DNA of 64,000 nt from a virus: the IMG/VR virus record IMGVR_UViG_3300042452_000950, positions 2,457 to 66,456 of that record, one strand, 5' to 3'. The position numbers were made by a program, and so were the translations under genes. Shown one piece after another: positions 9,797-18,281 of the stretch. The notes beneath the pieces were generated by a model. The model searched no databases. It saw only the letters and a list, made by a program, of their open reading frames with translations, and was not told where the DNA came from. The stretch's first letter is position 1; each line of letters opens with the position of its first letter.

Positions 9797-10185
9797 TCTT
9801 CCCACCTAGCGCGCATGCGCTCAATAGTGGTCTGGGGAACCGAGTGTACACTCCCGAACATCCCTTTGCAGGTGATTACCTGAGGAATGATCGAGCGCGC
9901 CACGCACGCTTCCATGTACGGAAGCATCTCTTTCTGCGTGGTGAACGTGTTGCTCACCACGACAAGGTCTTGCTCACCCGACGAGATATCGTGGGTGAAC
10001 CGCTCAAGGCACTGGCCGTGGGCCTGTGCCAATAGCGCTCCGTCGAAGTAGCCCAGCTTCTCAAAGAAGTGGTCAGCTTCGTGATTGATCGCCCGCAGGT
10101 TCTCTAGGCGAGCCCCGAGGACAATCCTCTTGCCAAGGGTGGTTTTACCCGACCCCGGCAAGCCTCTGATGAGCACTACTTGCAT
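9793..10185 (-). CDS. AAA_33 / polynucleotide-kinase-like P-loop protein
   Basis: LIRGLPGSGKTT, EADHFF, AHGQC, VVVSNTFT, VHSVPQTTIERMRARWE. Confidence 0.85.
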   Translation of the reverse strand: MQVVLIRGLPGSGKTTLGKRIVLGARLENLRAINHEADHFFEKLGYFDGALLAQAHGQCLERFTHDISSGEQDLVVVSNTFTTQKEMLPYMEACVARSIIPQVITCKGMFGSVHSVPQTTIERMRARWEE

Positions 10186-10607
10186 GAGTAGAACTCACAG
10201 TAGAACTGAGTCACATTCTTGACCCAGTTCTTGTTTAACCCGTTGGGGTCGTTCTCTGCGCCAACAGGGCAGTAACGATTACCCAAGAAGGTGATGAAGT
10301 CCACCTTACGGCCTGACTCCACCCAGCGGTCCCAGTTCTTCTGAACTGTCGCCGCACACCATCCCGCCTGTTTGCGGTAGGTGTTGGCCTTGGCATTCAA
10401 GATGCCAAACTCTTTCCCGGCTCCACCGTTTTCGGCGTACCGGATGGCGGCCACGATAGGCCGCAGAATCTCCCGCAACTCGGGACGAATGTTCTCCCGA
10501 ATTGCTTCCTCGAAGGCGGCGTCCGCCGCCTTGCCGTCCTTTTTCTCAATGGGCGACTGCCCAAAGAGAGGGAGGACGAGCATCAAAATCATGAGAACTG
10601 TTCTCAT
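10176..10607 (-). CDS. Secreted lysozyme-superfamily (glucosaminidase-like) cell-wall hydrolase
   Basis: Signal peptide MRTVLMILMLVLPLFG; AAIRYAENG (candidate catalytic Glu); RYCPVGAENDPNGLNKNWVKNV; AAGGAGG RBS. Confidence 0.6.
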   Translation of the reverse strand: MRTVLMILMLVLPLFGQSPIEKKDGKAADAAFEEAIRENIRPELREILRPIVAAIRYAENGGAGKEFGILNAKANTYRKQAGWCAATVQKNWDRWVESGRKVDFITFLGNRYCPVGAENDPNGLNKNWVKNVTQFYCEFYSCK

Positions 10608-10628
10608 AATGAGAGCCTCCTTGTCTCT

Positions 10629-10790
10629 CAATTATCTTATGCCAAAAGCTGGTCAGTTATGGCTAAAAGAACGGCCGTTGAAAACGTTTCTACCAATAAT
10701 CTTATGACACATTTATGCCAGTTTTGGCTAAAAGGGAAGGGGGCCGAAGGGGCCCGCCTCGCTGATCTTGATTCAATAATCTTATACAAC
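10629..10790 (-). repeat. Three tandem copies of the promoter motif separated by short hairpin/T-tract spacers
   Basis: caa(t/a)(t/a)atcttat at 10629, 10694 and 10774; cagtt(a/t)tggctaaaag at 10654 and 10719. Confidence 0.8.
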
Positions 10791-10875
10791 AAATATGACT
10801 TGATTGCCCTGCTCCTGATCGTATCCTAAGTAAGATCTAGATTTTAGGTCCAATACGATTGGATCATAACTGCCC

Positions 10876-12081
10876 ATGAATTTCATCAACTATTATCTGT
10901 TCGCTAAACAGGCTGCGGCTGATTTTCTAACAAAGGGTATAGATTTGAATGAGTCTATCGCCAAGATTGCAGAAAAGAGCGGGCTGTCACAGGTCCAGAT
11001 TCAGCGGGTAGTCGAGTTCGCCAATCACGAGACGAACGACAACCTACGTAAGACGGCAGAAGATAAGACCTTCACGTTCCCCGTAGCATCTTTAGACACA
11101 GTTTTATCAAAAATGTCTAAAGTTCCGGATGTTTCTGGAGTAGAAGTAACTAAGGTAGCCCAACTTGTTCGATCATTCTCGGCTAGTCAGGAAGCTGAAA
11201 TTGAGAAAAGAGCTTCTGCGATGCTGGCGTCAGACTCGCGCGCGCAAGAGCTTAAAGTGCGAGAGTATCGCATAGCTTTAGAAAAGGTTGCGCAGCAGTT
11301 GACAGTTGTTCAAAAACAACTTAAAGCTGAGTACGCGGGCGTTTGCCAAGAGCTGCACGATAAGTTAGCTGAGTTCAAACAAGATATCAAAGACTACTTA
11401 ATCCTCGATGGTGGAGAGTTTTCAGACATTCATAAATACGCAAAAGCCGTCGATTCCGGTTGGGATAATGGCTGGGACGTAGTTTTTGATAGTATTAAAA
11501 AAGACCTGATAAAACTTGGACAGCCGGTTTCCGGAAAATTGCTGGCCACTAATTTCGGCGAGGCGCACAAACGTTCCGGGTCTGCTGTGCCGGAACCTGC
11601 AGTGACGGTCGTTAACGGCCAAACAACTTTGGCCAAAAAAGTCAAGCAGCTGCACGAGACGATTACGTTAGGCGATCGACTCCAGGATAAACTTCGGGCC
11701 ATGGATAACTTTAAAGATACTGTGGATGTGGAAGTCAAACGGCTCAAAACTGACGCAGACTACCAGTCGGCCATCGACGATATCGAAAACAAGACATCGG
11801 CAGTGAAGGCGCTTTACACAACACTAACTGCCCCCGATGATGTTCATTCTAAATCTACCTTGTCTAAGCTGGGTGAAAACGGTGAGGGCAACCCAGAAAA
11901 AAAATCTGGGGCGGGCGTTAAGGCCCGCGCTCTGATGGGCCTCGGTGCAGGACACGTGCTTCATAGCATGCACCGCGGCGTAGTTTCAGCAGCGGCTGAA
12001 AATCTTTTACAGCCTAATGTTCCTTCAGCATTTGATCCTACTAAACAACTCGATCCCTATCTTCGCGGATCCCGTAAATAG
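10876..12081 (+). CDS. Head-associated/inner-core protein with K-x-A motifs
   Basis: 401 aa, coiled-coil; AKQAA, AKIAE, RKTAE, TKVAQ, EKRAS, EKVAQ; first gene of the head cluster. Confidence 0.7.
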   Translation: MNFINYYLFAKQAAADFLTKGIDLNESIAKIAEKSGLSQVQIQRVVEFANHETNDNLRKTAEDKTFTFPVASLDTVLSKMSKVPDVSGVEVTKVAQLVRSFSASQEAEIEKRASAMLASDSRAQELKVREYRIALEKVAQQLTVVQKQLKAEYAGVCQELHDKLAEFKQDIKDYLILDGGEFSDIHKYAKAVDSGWDNGWDVVFDSIKKDLIKLGQPVSGKLLATNFGEAHKRSGSAVPEPAVTVVNGQTTLAKKVKQLHETITLGDRLQDKLRAMDNFKDTVDVEVKRLKTDADYQSAIDDIENKTSAVKALYTTLTAPDDVHSKSTLSKLGENGEGNPEKKSGAGVKARALMGLGAGHVLHSMHRGVVSAAAENLLQPNVPSAFDPTKQLDPYLRGSRK

Positions 12082-12102
12082 TTAACAACAATCGAGGAAA
12101 GT

Positions 12103-12756
12103 ATGACTATTCTTGACAGCTACTCCGGAGTCTACGGCGGTTATCTAACGCCCGAAGAGCGCAAAGAACTTGGAAAATTTGCGGCCGATCTACTACAGGC
12201 TAAAGTTACAAAAGATAGCGCTAAAATTGAGGCGCTGTTAAAAGAGGCCTCACTAACATTAACCGAAAATTATTCAGATTTTGAGGCCTTTGTTGGTTTG
12301 GTTGGCTGGCTAGAAAAACACGCGGCCGATGTACCCAAAGATAAAAAGGCAAATATTTCCAATATTCTGCAAGCTATAAGCGCGACAATGGCACTGGCTC
12401 CGGCTGTTTATGCTGGAGCAAAGTGGGCTGGTCGTAAGATGCAGTTAAACAAATCAAAAGAGCAAATTCTTCGCGACAATCCTGCCCTAAGAAACGAACC
12501 GAAATTCGATCAATATTTTGATATGATCGCGAGCTTCTCGCCAGAAGTTGCAGCTCAGCCAATACTCGCGGGCAACGTGCTAGAAAACATTAGAAGACTC
12601 GGACCTGCGGCTGTAACTCCTCAAATGATTAATGATTTGCTGGGACTACAAGGTCGCCTAAGCCCAAGCGCTGGAGAAATGCTCGGAACAATTTCTAGCA
12701 GCGTCGGGAAAGCCTCTGACATTGGCGTGCAGGCGCTCAAACCTAGCAAATCCTGA
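12103..12756 (+). CDS. Head-associated protein with K-x-A motifs
   Basis: 217 aa, GAGGA RBS; GKFAA, LKEAS, EKHAA. Confidence 0.7.
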   Translation: MTILDSYSGVYGGYLTPEERKELGKFAADLLQAKVTKDSAKIEALLKEASLTLTENYSDFEAFVGLVGWLEKHAADVPKDKKANISNILQAISATMALAPAVYAGAKWAGRKMQLNKSKEQILRDNPALRNEPKFDQYFDMIASFSPEVAAQPILAGNVLENIRRLGPAAVTPQMINDLLGLQGRLSPSAGEMLGTISSSVGKASDIGVQALKPSKS

Positions 12757-13009
12757 GAGCTCTGTGCAACCTTACCTAGAAACACAGCCGCACTACCAGT
12801 CAGACCGTCAGGTTATGACGCACTCCGGATTTGACGGAGGAAATCCTCGGATCGATAACAAGATCGCGGATAGAGCTAGGAATGAAGCCCGAAAAGTCCA
12901 GCAGGGTTACAATAAAGAAGGTATTCCCGGTCAGTTAATTGCAACTGCCGAGAGCGCGTCCGATCCATTTTTTAGTGCATTCCTGAGCGAGATATTAAGA
13001 AATGTTTGA
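12722..13009 (+). CDS. Hypothetical protein (start uncertain)
   Basis: Open frame filling the gap before the protease; no clear RBS. Confidence 0.4.
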   Translation: MACRRSNLANPESSVQPYLETQPHYQSDRQVMTHSGFDGGNPRIDNKIADRARNEARKVQQGYNKEGIPGQLIATAESASDPFFSAFLSEILRNV

Positions 13010-14369
13010 AAAATTCTTTGAGTGTGGTGCCTATGACAACTGGGGTGAGGTATACACCCACATTCATGGTCCAACTATGGACAAGGTCGCCTCTCAGAGT
13101 TGCATTCCTGCGTCATTACTAACTGTTATCGAAAAATTGCAGCCACGAGCAGAGGGCCGTTACATCCTTCTCAACGCCCTGGGTGCTTACGAATATTGGT
13201 CGAGCAACAATAACGGAGACGCCTTTCCGGAGTGGAGCCTCAAATCGATGGTTCCACCACCTTCGGTGCAAAGGATTATTGATACCAAGGTTAAAGAGCG
13301 TTTGCCGTCTTTCATGGTTCCGCCCTGCACGGAGTATGGAACTGGCTCGTTTGTTCAGCACGCCAAAGTTTATCAACACCACGTTAACAAAGATCCTTTA
13401 ATTGCTTGCGGCGATGTTGTAGCGGCAGCCTACAACGATCTCATGCACCGGACGGAGCTGATCGTCTTCGTTTACCAGCAACGTGCCCCAGATATTGTAA
13501 AACAGATTGATGATGGTATTCCGATCCCCTTTTCGATGGGCGCGAAACTGCCGTTCGACGTCTGCTCAATCTGCTCAAACGTTGCACGCAATAGGGCAGA
13601 ATACTGCGACCACCTTAAAAATGAGCTTCGGCAGTTCTATCCTGACGGTCGAAAGGTTTTCTCATATAACTATTTCCCACGATTCTTCGACATCTCAAAA
13701 GTGTCCGTGCCTGCAGACAAGAGTGCGTGGATGCTCAAAAAGATTGCCTCAGCTGAATCAGCAGCGCCTATTCAAAAGGCTGCTCAGATTGAGAAGCGGA
13801 CAATCACCACAGAGCAACAAGATCTCGGCAGTGCGCCAGTTAATCCAAAACTGATCAATTTTATTCGAAACAGCGGGTGGGACGGCGCGTGCAGCGACGA
13901 GCCGCTCGATCCTCAGCTAGCTTTGCTCAAAAATCAGTACAGTGTTAAGGATATCTTGTCCTCAATGCTTACTTTAGGGATGTTGCCGTCGTCATCTGAG
14001 ATAAATACCTTAACAAATGGTGACGATAGTGCGCTTCCCAGCAGCCTCGATGTTGTCAATCCAAATCGCAGGCTTATAATGATTTTGAGCAAACACGTTC
14101 CAAGTCGCTCTTTGCTTGACCCTTATTTCACTAAGCGTGCTGCTTATGGAAAGAAGGGCCCAAAGTCTAGTAAGGCACATAAAAAATTTGCCAGCTTGCT
14201 AACCAAAGTAAATTATCGTGATTTAGTCAATACAATGGAGCACAACCCATCGGTTGCGCTATCATTGAATAGTGACGCTCTGGGGTTAGCACTCTTTAAG
14301 AGCGCAAGCACAAAGGAACCTTGTTGGTTACCTTTTATAGTTTGTTGTTCTATCTACACGGAGTCATAA
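13002..14369 (+). CDS. Prohead maturation protease (HK97/assemblin-fold serine protease) with Zn-finger insert
   Basis: YQHHVNKD (His), PFSMGAK (Ser), CSIC..YCDH, RFFDISKVSVPADKSA matching the E/D-x-S-x-V-x-x-PA motif; upstream of the capsid gene. Confidence 0.8.
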   Translation: MFEKFFECGAYDNWGEVYTHIHGPTMDKVASQSCIPASLLTVIEKLQPRAEGRYILLNALGAYEYWSSNNNGDAFPEWSLKSMVPPPSVQRIIDTKVKERLPSFMVPPCTEYGTGSFVQHAKVYQHHVNKDPLIACGDVVAAAYNDLMHRTELIVFVYQQRAPDIVKQIDDGIPIPFSMGAKLPFDVCSICSNVARNRAEYCDHLKNELRQFYPDGRKVFSYNYFPRFFDISKVSVPADKSAWMLKKIASAESAAPIQKAAQIEKRTITTEQQDLGSAPVNPKLINFIRNSGWDGACSDEPLDPQLALLKNQYSVKDILSSMLTLGMLPSSSEINTLTNGDDSALPSSLDVVNPNRRLIMILSKHVPSRSLLDPYFTKRAAYGKKGPKSSKAHKKFASLLTKVNYRDLVNTMEHNPSVALSLNSDALGLALFKSASTKEPCWLPFIVCCSIYTES

Positions 14370-14371
14370 TT

Positions 14372-14773
14372 ATGAACATCGAGGACCTCTTCGCAACTGT
14401 TTCAACGCAGCTGAGAGGCAACTCTGAGGCCGCCAACGCAGATGTCGAAAAGACAGCCTCGGATGCGTCTGTTGGTTACGCTGATTCAAAGGATGAAAAT
14501 ATGAACAAGATCGCAAGTGAACTTTATGCCGGTGGCCAAATCATGGCCGAAGGCTTTATCGACCGTTTCATCGAAAAATTGGCCGGATCTGGCGTACCAG
14601 CAGCAGGCGCGGGCATCAATGCTCCTCGTAGCGGTTGGGAATCGATCGCCAAGAAGGTCGAAAACATGCACAACCGTCCTCCAATGATGGGTGGCGGTAG
14701 TCTGTCAGCCGAACAGGCTGGCGCACTTAGCGGCGCCAAAGGCGTCGTTAATCCAGCTAAACCCCTAGTCTGA
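14372..14773 (+). CDS. Scaffold/inner-head protein
   Basis: GGAG RBS; EKTAS, NKIAS, EKLAG. Confidence 0.7.
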   Translation: MNIEDLFATVSTQLRGNSEAANADVEKTASDASVGYADSKDENMNKIASELYAGGQIMAEGFIDRFIEKLAGSGVPAAGAGINAPRSGWESIAKKVENMHNRPPMMGGGSLSAEQAGALSGAKGVVNPAKPLV

Positions 14774-14794
14774 TAACCTACGTAGGAGAATTTT

Positions 14795-15202
14795 ATGGCA
14801 TCTTTAACTGAAACGTTTGAAATGATCAAGCAGGCCGAATACGACGCCAAGCTTGAGACCCTCCAGGAAGCTTGGGCTAATGACGAAGTTCGTCAGGGCA
14901 TGCTCAGCGAAGCGCTCGACATGATCAAGGTCGCGCAGGATCAGGGCGAACTGCCCGAAATGGATCCCGCTCAGATTCTTGACTACGGCGTCGCTCTCGT
15001 TGAAGAGGCTCTCTCCGAAGATTCGGAAGATGGCGTTGAGAAGCTCGCTGAAGAGGACGTCGCTGAACTCGGCTTCCTCGCCGGTCAGGTCCTTGCCGAA
15101 AACGGCATCGACGCCGAAGAGCTCTCGAAGCTCGCTGAAGAAGACGCTGAAGAGCTCGGCCGCATGGTTGCCCATGAAGTCGCCGAACTCCTCGCCGAGT
15201 GA
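14795..15202 (+). CDS. Highly acidic scaffold-like protein
   Basis: AGGAG RBS; internal repeat KLAEED-x-x-ELG twice; C-ending codon bias like the capsid gene. Confidence 0.75.
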   Translation: MASLTETFEMIKQAEYDAKLETLQEAWANDEVRQGMLSEALDMIKVAQDQGELPEMDPAQILDYGVALVEEALSEDSEDGVEKLAEEDVAELGFLAGQVLAENGIDAEELSKLAEEDAEELGRMVAHEVAELLAE

Positions 15203-15230
15203 TTTTGTAATTCATTAAAGGAGGCGACCG

Positions 15231-15449
15231 ATGCTATTTTCAGAGCTTGAACAATTAATCAAGAACGCGACGGACCAGGCCCACGGGAACCAGAGCGCTG
15301 AAGTAGAAAAGGTCGCCTCTTCCTCTGAAGGTGAAGTCGATTCGCTAATTTCTGAAATTGATCAGGAGTTAGCGAATCAAAATACGCTTGAGAAGCGTGC
15401 CAGCAAAGTGGCTCTGGCAAAACTGATCGCTGCTATAGATATTCTTTAA
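15231..15449 (+). CDS. Small head-associated protein
   Basis: AAGGAGG RBS; IKNAT, EKVAS, EKRAS, SKVAL in 72 aa. Confidence 0.7.
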   Translation: MLFSELEQLIKNATDQAHGNQSAEVEKVASSSEGEVDSLISEIDQELANQNTLEKRASKVALAKLIAAIDIL

Positions 15450-15456
15450 ATAACTC

Positions 15457-15825
15457 ATGGGTCTGAGAAAATCAGCCGAGCTGCTCGCAAAATCAAAAGA
15501 AGCTCTTGTAAAGCTAAAAACAGAGCTGAGCGATACTCACGAAAAGGTCGCCAGTCTTCAAGCTGAACAAGATCTTCTTATTGGTGTTATGGGATTAGTT
15601 CAGGATGGTCAAATCGACCCAGCCGACATATTAACTAAATTAGCTGAGTTTAAAGAAGACCCAACGAAATTGCTGTTTATGCAGCAGGCCTCGTCAATGG
15701 GTCTTCAAAAACAAGCGTTCACTTTAGGTCAGGTAACCGAGCTAGGACCTAGTTCAGAAGAACTTCCAAGCGGCTCCTCGGAGGAGAAGTTTGCAGCTCG
15801 GGTCAAAAATCTTTTTAACTCGTAA
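15457..15825 (+). CDS. Scaffold-like coiled-coil protein
   Basis: RKSAE, EKVAS, TKLAE, QKQAF, EKFAA. Confidence 0.7.
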   Translation: MGLRKSAELLAKSKEALVKLKTELSDTHEKVASLQAEQDLLIGVMGLVQDGQIDPADILTKLAEFKEDPTKLLFMQQASSMGLQKQAFTLGQVTELGPSSEELPSGSSEEKFAARVKNLFNS

Positions 15826-15837
15826 TGAGGTTATTCC

Positions 15838-16356
15838 ATGGCACGTAAATCACAAACGCTGGTTTCGGTTAACTCGAAGCTCTCAGCGGTAAACATCATG
15901 ACTGTTCCGATCGACGGCAGCGCAAGCTTCGCCGCTGGTCAGCCGATTAAGCTTGACACGACGACCGGTAAGGCTGCCGCGATCGCTTCTTCGGATTCGC
16001 CCGCCCAGACAAACCCACCCGCGGTTTTCATTAACTGGTTCGCCTCGTCACGCTCGGACGTCTCGTTCATTCAGGGCGACGCGTTCGACGATACGGCACC
16101 CGATGTTCACATCGATGGCGGCGGTCTCGCCTGCATCGTCGGTAACGTTGTCGACGTCGGTCTACCCGCGTCGCTCTGGGCCGCTAACCAGCTTCCAACG
16201 GTAGGCAGCGTCGTAAAGGTAGTCGGTGCCACGCCGACCAAGTTCGCCGTCGATACTAACCCGGTTGTTGGTTCGGCTTACTACGGTAAGGTCTACCGCC
16301 ACTACAATGGTCGCGCTTACTTCCTCTTCTCGTCGATGCCTATCTGCATCACCTGA
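15838..16356 (+). CDS. Capsid decoration/cement protein candidate
   Basis: 172-aa beta-rich ORF immediately upstream of the major capsid gene, high-expression codon bias. Confidence 0.6.
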   Translation: MARKSQTLVSVNSKLSAVNIMTVPIDGSASFAAGQPIKLDTTTGKAAAIASSDSPAQTNPPAVFINWFASSRSDVSFIQGDAFDDTAPDVHIDGGGLACIVGNVVDVGLPASLWAANQLPTVGSVVKVVGATPTKFAVDTNPVVGSAYYGKVYRHYNGRAYFLFSSMPICIT

Positions 16357-16373
16357 TAAGTAATTAACAAATA

Positions 16374-16404
16374 TGGGAGAGTCGTCAGGATGGCGGCTCT
16401 CCCA
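16374..16404 (+). promoter_or_regulatory. Stem-loop upstream of the major capsid gene (mRNA stabiliser/processing site candidate)
   Basis: TGGGAGAGTCGTCA-GGA-TGGCGGCTCTCCCA, 14 bp with two G.U pairs, no adjacent U tract. Confidence 0.55.
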
Positions 16405-16445
16405 GTCACTAAGGTTTTATTTTTGGACATCAAAAAGGATTGAAC

Positions 16446-17723
16446 ATGGCAGTTAACATTAATGCTAATGAAATTAATCAGCTTTTTGGTGAAGCCCTGA
16501 ACCGTGGTGGCGAAGCTCTTGAGAAGGTCGGTGAGGTCACTGGTCTTTACATTCAGGACAAGCTTCGCGAGAATTCATTCTGCGGAAAGATTCTCCCACC
16601 TCAGACTGTCACCGAAGCCGAACTAACCCGTAACGTAAACGATGAAGGTCTAGTCTACATCGACGACATCGAACCGGACTCACTCGCCATGCGCGTGAAC
16701 TTCCGTGGCGAGCCTGAGAAGACCTACATCGAAGGCAAGCGTTACGAAATCCGCATGAGCACGATTTCTTCGGACAAGTTCCAGAAGTCGGAGCAGGAAC
16801 TCCGTTCCTACCGCATGCCGATCACGAAGATCATCGAGCAGAACACCGTTAAGGACATTCAGGAGCAGAAGGACAAGACCTTCATGCAACACGTCCGCGC
16901 CGGTCTCGTGCTCGCCACCCGCCGTCGTATGAACGACCTCGTTGACCGCGGTTTAGTTCGTAACGGTAACCAAGGTGGTACGATCGCTGTGCCGGATAGC
17001 TTAAGCGGTACGACAAACAAGAACTTTGGTACGCCTACCCAGTTCGCTGCTTACCTATACACTCGCCGCATAGAAGCCGGCTACGGTATTGACTCCAACG
17101 GTGCTTGGGACGGTGCTTCAGGTGACCCGGCCAACATCGTGGACGCCAATTACTCCAACATCATTCTCTCGACAGAGACGAGCTTCACCCGCACGGTTCT
17201 CCGTGATGCGGTCAAGGTTCAGGCTGCTCGTGAGATGAAGTGCCGTTGCTTCCTAATGCACGAGTACGACTGGACCGATACGGTCGGTTGGCTCGACTCG
17301 GAAGCCGGTCTCCAGATCACTGGCGAGATCGTTCGCGATGGTTACAAGTACACCACTGTCGGTGGCTACACCTTCGTGACGACCGTCCGTGATAACCCCG
17401 ACATCGTCGAGCCCGGCCAGATCTACACCTTCCCAGCACCCGAGTTCCTCGGTCGCCACCTTTCGCTGGAAGGCGTCAAGTTCTGGATCAACAAGACGGG
17501 TCGCTTCATTGAGATGGAAGCTTGGGAAGAGTGCGGAATTGGCTTTGGCAACGTCAAGGGCCTCGGCCTCATCCTTCTGAGCGGCGCTGGCGTAACGCTG
17601 CCAAAGATCTTCCAAGACGAAGCAGGCGTTGCAATTACTGACGGCAGCTCTGGAACCTTCCGGTTCACAAACCTACCGCTAGCATCTGGCGGTGACGTGC
17701 CAACCACCACGCCGATCAGCTAA
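16446..17723 (+). CDS. Major capsid protein (HK97 fold inferred)
   Basis: About 425 aa after protease/scaffold genes; YIQDKLRENSFCGKILPP, terminal MEAWEECGIGFGNVKG strand; strongest codon bias; followed by a terminator. Confidence 0.8.
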   Translation: MAVNINANEINQLFGEALNRGGEALEKVGEVTGLYIQDKLRENSFCGKILPPQTVTEAELTRNVNDEGLVYIDDIEPDSLAMRVNFRGEPEKTYIEGKRYEIRMSTISSDKFQKSEQELRSYRMPITKIIEQNTVKDIQEQKDKTFMQHVRAGLVLATRRRMNDLVDRGLVRNGNQGGTIAVPDSLSGTTNKNFGTPTQFAAYLYTRRIEAGYGIDSNGAWDGASGDPANIVDANYSNIILSTETSFTRTVLRDAVKVQAAREMKCRCFLMHEYDWTDTVGWLDSEAGLQITGEIVRDGYKYTTVGGYTFVTTVRDNPDIVEPGQIYTFPAPEFLGRHLSLEGVKFWINKTGRFIEMEAWEECGIGFGNVKGLGLILLSGAGVTLPKIFQDEAGVAITDGSSGTFRFTNLPLASGGDVPTTTPIS

Positions 17724-17745
17724 GTCACGTACCTGTCTGATCTAA

Positions 17746-17786
17746 AAAGATACCTCGGTATAATCTACCGGGGTATCTTTCATTTT
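17746..17786 (+). terminator. Intrinsic terminator after the capsid gene
   Basis: AAAGATACCTCGGTA-TAATC-TACCGGGGTATCTTT then CATTTT. Confidence 0.75.
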
Positions 17787-17798
17787 AGGAGTCGATAA

Positions 17799-18281
17799 AT
17801 GGTTTTGAAAAAAGTTTTTTGGTTTGGAACAGTCTCATTAAAGGTATTCAGAGGGCTTGAGCCTGGTCGCGGCCGCGTCGTCGACGCTAGAACAATTACC
17901 CCAGCGATTATGAACCAATTTGGAAATCAGCTTATCATCGCTGACGCTGCAGGAGAAGAAGTTGAGCATGTCGGAAAAAACGTGAGCCAGATTCGGGCAA
18001 AATCGCTATTTCCAGGTCTCGATTTCTCATCCGTTGCCGCTCCTAAAGTAGAAGAACCCGTTGCCCAGATTCCTGAGGAACCGGTCGAGGAAGTAGTAGC
18101 GCCAGAAATTGAAGAATTGGCGGTATTCGAGGCGCAGCAGTTACCGCCAGTTATTGAACCTTCAGTATCTGAGCAAACCGCCGAAGAAAAAGTAAAATCT
18201 AAGAAGGGGCGCAAGTCTAAAATTGAGCAGCCTTCAGATATTTTAAGCAATGACGGAACAACAGATATCTCAGTCGAATAA
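17799..18281 (+). CDS. Hypothetical protein with Glu/Pro-rich disordered tail
   Basis: AGGAG RBS; typical small gene after a capsid gene. Confidence 0.65.
   Translation: MVLKKVFWFGTVSLKVFRGLEPGRGRVVDARTITPAIMNQFGNQLIIADAAGEEVEHVGKNVSQIRAKSLFPGLDFSSVAAPKVEEPVAQIPEEPVEEVVAPEIEELAVFEAQQLPPVIEPSVSEQTAEEKVKSKKGRKSKIEQPSDILSNDGTTDISVE

Noticed and set aside
10629-10790. Mini CRISPR array
   Set aside because: Repeats are bipartite with a variable middle, match promoter copies elsewhere, and spacing is unequal; no cas operon.
11897-11904. A8 run as a programmed frameshift or phase-variation site
   Set aside because: The frame stays open to 12081 and no stimulatory element or alternative long frame was evident.
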